From a virus (lineage: Duplodnaviria > Caudoviricetes), in the IMG/VR virus record IMGVR_UViG_3300020020_000100, positions 1 through 38,080 of that record: a stretch of 38,080 nucleotides of DNA. One strand, written 5' to 3'. The stretch's first letter is position 1, and each line of letters opens with the position of its first letter. Made by a program: the position numbers and the translations under genes. This document shows, in pieces, positions 34,305 through 38,080 of this stretch. The notes beneath the pieces are model-generated. The model worked only from the letters and a program-made list of their open reading frames with translations, had not been told where the DNA came from and ran no database searches.

Positions 34305-35714
34305 CTAGATGATCTTCGGGGGGTTGTACTTGATCACCGTCGAGCGCTCCACATCGGCGAACCTGAGCATCATTAGCGCGTAGCGGGAGGCGCTGATAGT
34401 ATCGTCGCGCTCTTTCACCACTTTTCCGTCTTTGCGGTGATACATTCGGCGCTCCTCGAGCCATGTCCCGCATGTGCTGAAAACTTTCCACCGAGAAGTT
34501 CTCATTCTGTCGAGCATATCCATCAAGCCGGCCTCGACGCTGTTGGAGCCGTCCTCGAAGGTTGCTTTGATGGGCACGAAGGACAGCCCCTGCTGGCGAT
34601 ACTGGGCGGCCAGGTTCTCTCCTGCCGCGGTGTCGTTCAGTCCGTCGTGGGGCCACGCCCAGGGCAGCCATAGGCCCCATGCCTTGAGGGCGGCTGCGTG
34701 AAAGACAGGGGTTTGCTCGCGTTGGCGGTAATCTGCTGTGAGGTATACGACATCATTATCGCGATCCCATGCCAGACGTGCCCCAGCGGTGGGATGGTCC
34801 CAGCCAAAGTCAATGCCGCCGATCTGAGGCCAATGACGGGGGATGGGGGTTGGGTCACAGATGATGTTCTCCTCTAGAACCGGAAAGATAAGGCCGGAGC
34901 CGAGCGTCGGAATGCCGAGCGTCCGGGCCTCGCGCTCGTGCGCTGGGTAACTGTCGATAACGCGCTGGCGCTCCTGCGGGGTGTAGTGCAGGGCGTCGGC
35001 GATGGTCATGGTCACGCGGGCGCGGTCGGGGCTTTCCTCCAGGAAGAAGCGGGCGACGACGGCCGACATGCCCTTCAGCGGGGTGAAGGTCTGATAGACG
35101 ATGCCGTTGGTGGCGTTGGTTCTGGTTATGCCCTCGAAGTAGACGTCTTCGGGGGGCTCTTCGTCGAACCAGACGACATGCACTGTGTTGGCCTGCCATT
35201 TGGAGCGGCCCTGATCGTAAGACTTCAGGTAGAGCGTGCTTTGGCCACCACTGCCATGACGGACGGTGACAGTATCAAGGGCGTTTGAAACGCCCATCCG
35301 TCGAGTCCGTGCGACAATAGCACTTGCTGGGATAAAGCCGGTCCCCCAGTTCTCCTCCTGATCGGGAGGGCCGACGAGTAGTCGCTGGACGCCGTCGCGA
35401 GTAAGCTCCGCGCTTTCTGACCCCGCAATTGCAATGATGGGATGATCGAAGCGTCGACCTTGCCACCATGGCGGATAGGCGCCGGTGAGGTGCATGGAGA
35501 GTTCCGCGGCTCCGGCGACTGTCTTGCCAAGCTGGTTGCCGGCGACGAACAGGCGTTCGCGGACCTGGAGGGCGTGGAACTCGAGTTGCTTGGGATAAGG
35601 CTCATACTGGGACAGGCGGTTAATTGATCGAATCCGCGCTACCAGCGCCTCGTTGGTCGAGATGAGCCTGTCGAGCCTGTCTAAGCTCATCGAGGACAGC
35701 GAGGAGTTCATCAA
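34305..35714 (-). CDS. terL: Terminase large subunit
   Basis: YPKQLEFH, Walker A AGNQLGKT, Walker B VVWFDEEP, TFTP coupling motif, nuclease GIDFGWDHP and DDTISASRY. Confidence 0.95.
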   Translation of the reverse strand: MMNSSLSSMSLDRLDRLISTNEALVARIRSINRLSQYEPYPKQLEFHALQVRERLFVAGNQLGKTVAGAAELSMHLTGAYPPWWQGRRFDHPIIAIAGSESAELTRDGVQRLLVGPPDQEENWGTGFIPASAIVARTRRMGVSNALDTVTVRHGSGGQSTLYLKSYDQGRSKWQANTVHVVWFDEEPPEDVYFEGITRTNATNGIVYQTFTPLKGMSAVVARFFLEESPDRARVTMTIADALHYTPQERQRVIDSYPAHEREARTLGIPTLGSGLIFPVLEENIICDPTPIPRHWPQIGGIDFGWDHPTAGARLAWDRDNDVVYLTADYRQREQTPVFHAAALKAWGLWLPWAWPHDGLNDTAAGENLAAQYRQQGLSFVPIKATFEDGSNSVEAGLMDMLDRMRTSRWKVFSTCGTWLEERRMYHRKDGKVVKERDDTISASRYALMMLRFADVERSTVIKYNPPKII

Positions 35715-35970
35715 GGTTGGCGTCCTCCAGTCCTTCGGTGACGTTGGCGCTCATGGTGATAGGCTTACCGTAGGCGCGGTCAAGGAGAGAGTTGGCTGCG
35801 ACGATGGCGATCCTGTCGTCTGGATTGCTCAGCGCCTTGGTGAGTATCTCGACGCATTTGCCGGCCTGTTCCTTAGCGAGGGCGGCGATGCCTTTGGGGC
35901 GGCCGGTTGGATTACCGGACTGTCCTGCCTTCCACGGGATGAGGCCGCGTTGCTGTTCCTTTGTTGTCAC
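35620..35970 (-). CDS. terS: Terminase small subunit (DUF5681-like motif); start uncertain
   Basis: WKAGQSGNPTGRPKG and LLDRAYGKP motifs; overlaps the terL start. GTG 35970 chosen because the upstream extension looks non-coding. Confidence 0.75.
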   Translation of the reverse strand: MTTKEQQRGLIPWKAGQSGNPTGRPKGIAALAKEQAGKCVEILTKALSNPDDRIAIVAANSLLDRAYGKPITMSANVTEGLEDANLDELLAVLDELRQARQAHLDQRGAGSADSIN

Positions 35971-36142
35971 GCTGTAACCACTGTCGGGAACCTGTAGGAC
36001 TTTGCCTGTCTGAGAACGTGACGCGCTGCAAGCCTGAAGCCGTCCCTCAACGCCACTTTTCACCTGAGGGGGTGAAGGCAAGCAGCCTCGACTGCGGATT
36101 GCAAGCGGACATCGCGCCACGTCCGTTGGCCTAAGCATATCA

Positions 36143-36171
36143 AGGTTAGCACTGGTTAGCGATATCGTCAA
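36143..36171 (-). promoter_or_regulatory. Candidate promoter for the packaging/structural operon
   Basis: TTGACG (36171-36166), 17 nt ending TGC, TAACCT (36148-36143); extended -10 TG present; followed by about 170 nt of leader. Confidence 0.5.
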
Positions 36172-36422
36172 AGAACTGTTTTGTGGGGCTGGTTGTATGG
36201 GCATTCGCGGATTTCGCGTTCGCGCAGGGCTTCCTCGAGCAACTGATCGAGGGCCTGCCATGCCTCGCGCTCGCTGTCGCAGGGGCCGATGGTCGGGGAG
36301 CCGCGGAGCGTCACCCACCAGTTGTCTCCTGAAGGGTGCTGCCGGACGTCGTAGTCGGTGAGCCTGTAGCGATTCTCCGTAAGTTCGCGTCGAAGTTTCG
36401 CGGGATCGGCTTTGGTTGGCAT
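36168..36422 (-). CDS. Hypothetical protein (84 aa)
   Basis: Starts right after the upstream stop; IGPCDSEREAWQAL. Confidence 0.65.
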   Translation of the reverse strand: MPTKADPAKLRRELTENRYRLTDYDVRQHPSGDNWWVTLRGSPTIGPCDSEREAWQALDQLLEEALREREIRECPYNQPHKTVL

Positions 36423-36635
36423 CTAGAGCACCGTTTTGTGGGCCGGGTGGGTTTGCAGGGGCACGCCGCGGTGGTGGGCGTCGCCGGCGTCCTCGGCTTC
36501 GCTGGCGACATTGGCGGCTTCGTACATCAGGCAGAGCGCGCAGACGTCGAAGCGCAGCGCAATTGTGAAGCAGGCTTCGGTGAGGGCTTCGACGGCCTTG
36601 CCAATGCGGGTTTCTTCTTCGTCATCGGTGGTCAT
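36423..36635 (-). CDS. Hypothetical protein (70 aa, CxxC)
   Basis: SD AGGAG before ATG 36635. Confidence 0.65.
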   Translation of the reverse strand: MTTDDEEETRIGKAVEALTEACFTIALRFDVCALCLMYEAANVASEAEDAGDAHHRGVPLQTHPAHKTVL

Positions 36636-36825
36636 ATTGATCTCCTGAGAGTCGAATGTGCTCCTCGACGCACTGGCGGACGCGGACATAGTATTCCCGT
36701 TTGATGTCTACGCGCTGCGCTGTCATGGCGGCATAGAAGACGGCGAGGAGGTGGTGGGCCTCGGCGTCGTTTGCGAACTTGCGCTCAAGGAGATCCATCG
36801 GATGGGTGCGTTCGTGGCTGCTCAT
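36622..36825 (-). CDS. Hypothetical protein (67 aa)
   Basis: SD GGAGG; ATGA coupling at 36822-36825. Confidence 0.6.
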   Translation of the reverse strand: MSSHERTHPMDLLERKFANDAEAHHLLAVFYAAMTAQRVDIKREYYVRVRQCVEEHIRLSGDQYDHR

Positions 36826-36932
36826 TGGATGGCCTCCGGCGGCACGAGGATGAGGATCAGCAGGACGATCACGGCGAAGGTGAAGAAGACGCCGATGAAG
36901 AACAGGGCGAAGGGTTTGGGGCGGAGGCTCAT
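36822..36932 (-). CDS. Single-pass membrane peptide (36 aa)
   Basis: Not in ORF track. MSLRPKPFALFFIGVFFTFAVIVLLILILVPPEAIQ*; ATGA overlaps at both ends. Confidence 0.65.
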   Translation of the reverse strand: MSLRPKPFALFFIGVFFTFAVIVLLILILVPPEAIQ

Positions 36933-37138
36933 GGAAGCGACTCGTTCTGCCCCGCCTCTGCGTCCGGCACGGTGATGAAGCGGCGCGGAGGCTGCTCATC
37001 GGACTGCACGCTGGCGGCAGCCTTGCGGATGTCCCTGAGGGCGGTGGTCATGACGGCTGCGGTCTTGCGTATCCCGCAGGCATTGTCGAGCGCGGCCATA
37101 TAGCCGCGATGCCACGCGACGAACTCTTGCGGTGTCAT
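36929..37138 (-). CDS. Hypothetical protein (69 aa)
   Basis: MTPQEFVAWHRGYM N-terminus; ATGA coupling. Confidence 0.65.
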   Translation of the reverse strand: MTPQEFVAWHRGYMAALDNACGIRKTAAVMTTALRDIRKAAASVQSDEQPPRRFITVPDAEAGQNESLP

Positions 37139-37341
37139 AGGCGTAGTCCCTCGAGAAAGGCCCGGTCGCAGTGCAGCAGGTAGAGGCAGGCGAGCAGCGT
37201 TCTATGGTCGGCTCCGCGGGCCTTGAGCCGGACCATCGAGTTGGCGCTGATGTGGAGCAGGCGGGCGGCTTCGGCGTCGGATTTGGCGCGGCGGGCCCGC
37301 TTCATCTTGGTGAGCCACAGTTCGATTTGAGCCGGGCTCAT
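37135..37341 (-). CDS. Small HTH-like DNA-binding protein
   Basis: MSPAQIELW...SDAEAARLLHISANSMVRLK...LLAC resembles small XRE-type HTH proteins. Confidence 0.55.
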   Translation of the reverse strand: MSPAQIELWLTKMKRARRAKSDAEAARLLHISANSMVRLKARGADHRTLLACLYLLHCDRAFLEGLRL

Positions 37342-37346
37342 ATCGA
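37322..37346. promoter_or_regulatory. 25-bp near-perfect palindrome, operator candidate
   Basis: TCGATTTGAGCC-G-GGCTCATATCGA, 11 of 12 pairs match; overlaps the HTH start codon and lies upstream of the divergent membrane gene. Confidence 0.5.
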
Positions 37347-37393
37347 GCGTCTTGTTTCGTGCTAATGATGGGCCCCCGAAGGAGGGCATGCCC

Positions 37394-37609
37394 ATGGTTT
37401 CCGCGCTGTTCACGCTGCTGATATACGCCATTGTTTTCGGTCTCGTGTATTGGCTGTTCGATTACCTGGTGGCGACGCTGCCGATCCCCGATCCGCCGGC
37501 TCGGTTTATTCGCATTGCGCTGGTGGTAGTGTTTACGCTGGTCATCATTGCGCTGCTGCTCGGGATGGTCGGGGTGGCGCCGGGGCTGGATCTTCCGCGG
37601 CTGCACTAG
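37394..37609 (+). CDS. Two-TM small membrane protein (Thivi_2564-like)
   Basis: SD GGAGG; LLIYAIVFGLVYWL...LPIPDPPARFIRIALVVVFTLVIIALLL; the only + strand gene in the right arm. Confidence 0.75.
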   Translation: MVSALFTLLIYAIVFGLVYWLFDYLVATLPIPDPPARFIRIALVVVFTLVIIALLLGMVGVAPGLDLPRLH

Positions 37610-37869
37610 AGCGCCTGCTGGTTGAGCTTGATGGCGAGCGCCTCGATCTCTTCGTAAACTGTGCGCACATTGTCGGTACTGGTTTTCCAGGCCTCAGAGG
37701 CGGCGTAGAACGTCTTGGCGCTGTGACCGCTATTCGGATGCAGCCGAGGCTCCAATCGCGCCATACGGCGCTCTACCTCGCGCAGAAGGTCCATCAGTTC
37801 GATAGTGTGCTGCAGAAGCTCGGCCGCCTTGGCCTTGCCGAGGTTCGGGGCGATGAGGGTCTGGCTCAT
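37606..37869 (-). CDS. Hypothetical helical protein (87 aa)
   Basis: SD AGGAG; ATGA coupling. Confidence 0.65.
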   Translation of the reverse strand: MSQTLIAPNLGKAKAAELLQHTIELMDLLREVERRMARLEPRLHPNSGHSAKTFYAASEAWKTSTDNVRTVYEEIEALAIKLNQQAL

Positions 37870-38080
37870 GAGTTGTGCTTCTCCTGCCAGTCGAAGAGGT
37901 CCAGCCAGTAGGACACCTCGGGGAGCAGGCGGTCGAGTTCATCCTCGCCGACGTGGCTGAGGACGCGGACGCGCGAGCGCAGGGAGTGGTGAGGGGCGGG
38001 ATGGGCGCGGATGTAGGTGGCGAGCTCGTGGGCGTGTTCCTCGCGCTCTTTCTGGTCGTCGTCGTAGAGATTCTCTTGTT
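37866..38080 (-). CDS. Hypothetical protein, 5' end beyond window
   Basis: Open frame ...QENLYDDDQKEREEHAHELATYIRAHP...WLDLFDWQEKHNS* ending in an ATGA overlap. Confidence 0.6.
   Translation of the reverse strand, partial: QENLYDDDQKEREEHAHELATYIRAHPAPHHSLRSRVRVLSHVGEDELDRLLPEVSYWLDLFDWQEKHNS

Noticed and set aside
36143-36160. Possible CtrA box in the terS promoter
   Set aside because: Half-sites are CTAAC with a 10-bp period, not TTAA-N7-TTAA.
35971-36318. N-terminal extension of TerS to 232 aa (likewise track extensions of the GNAT, nozzle, adaptor and gcrA ORFs)
   Set aside because: The extensions overlap upstream genes or promoter; internal starts with SD or stop-start coupling fit better.
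1-38080. Integrase/att site, tRNA genes, DNA polymerase/primase, additional hammerheads
   Set aside because: None recognised by eye. The other CTGATGA matches I noticed lie inside coding regions without evident flanking stems. The replication module is probably outside the window.

Overview
This window is most of the genome of a GC-rich tailed dsDNA phage with podovirus-type (P22/T7/SU10-like) virion genes. The host is probably an alphaproteobacterium, judged from a GcrA homologue, an alphaproteobacterial-type Cro-like HTH and the tail-fibre N-terminus. A divergent promoter region at 606-710 splits it into two arms. The short + strand early arm (711-5752) carries small hypotheticals, a Rad52/Sak-type annealase, NinB, a repeat-bounded array of small coiled-coil genes, GcrA and two HNH nucleases. 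The long - strand arm starts at the Cro-like gene, runs off the left edge, and presumably re-enters at the right edge. It then runs through small genes, TerS/TerL, portal, a tandem ADP-ribosyltransferase-like protein, scaffold, DUF5309-type major capsid, accessory head genes, a 1989-aa multidomain fibre, two adaptors, nozzle, GNAT, ejection proteins, tail fibre, amidase endolysin and a holin-like gene. No integrase, CI repressor, replicase, tRNA or CRISPR array is visible. Best leads: (1) a type II hammerhead ribozyme (964-1011) directly upstream of a 42-aa exported four-cysteine peptide that the ORF track missed; (2) a protein next to the portal with two ART-like domains, the first bounded by an in-frame 27-bp perfect direct repeat; (3) an array of small early genes built from two alternating DNA repeats; (4) a signal-peptide protein directly behind cro; (5) a fibre-motif gene whose only plausible start codon is ATC. 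All product calls are from motif recognition by eye; no database searches were run.
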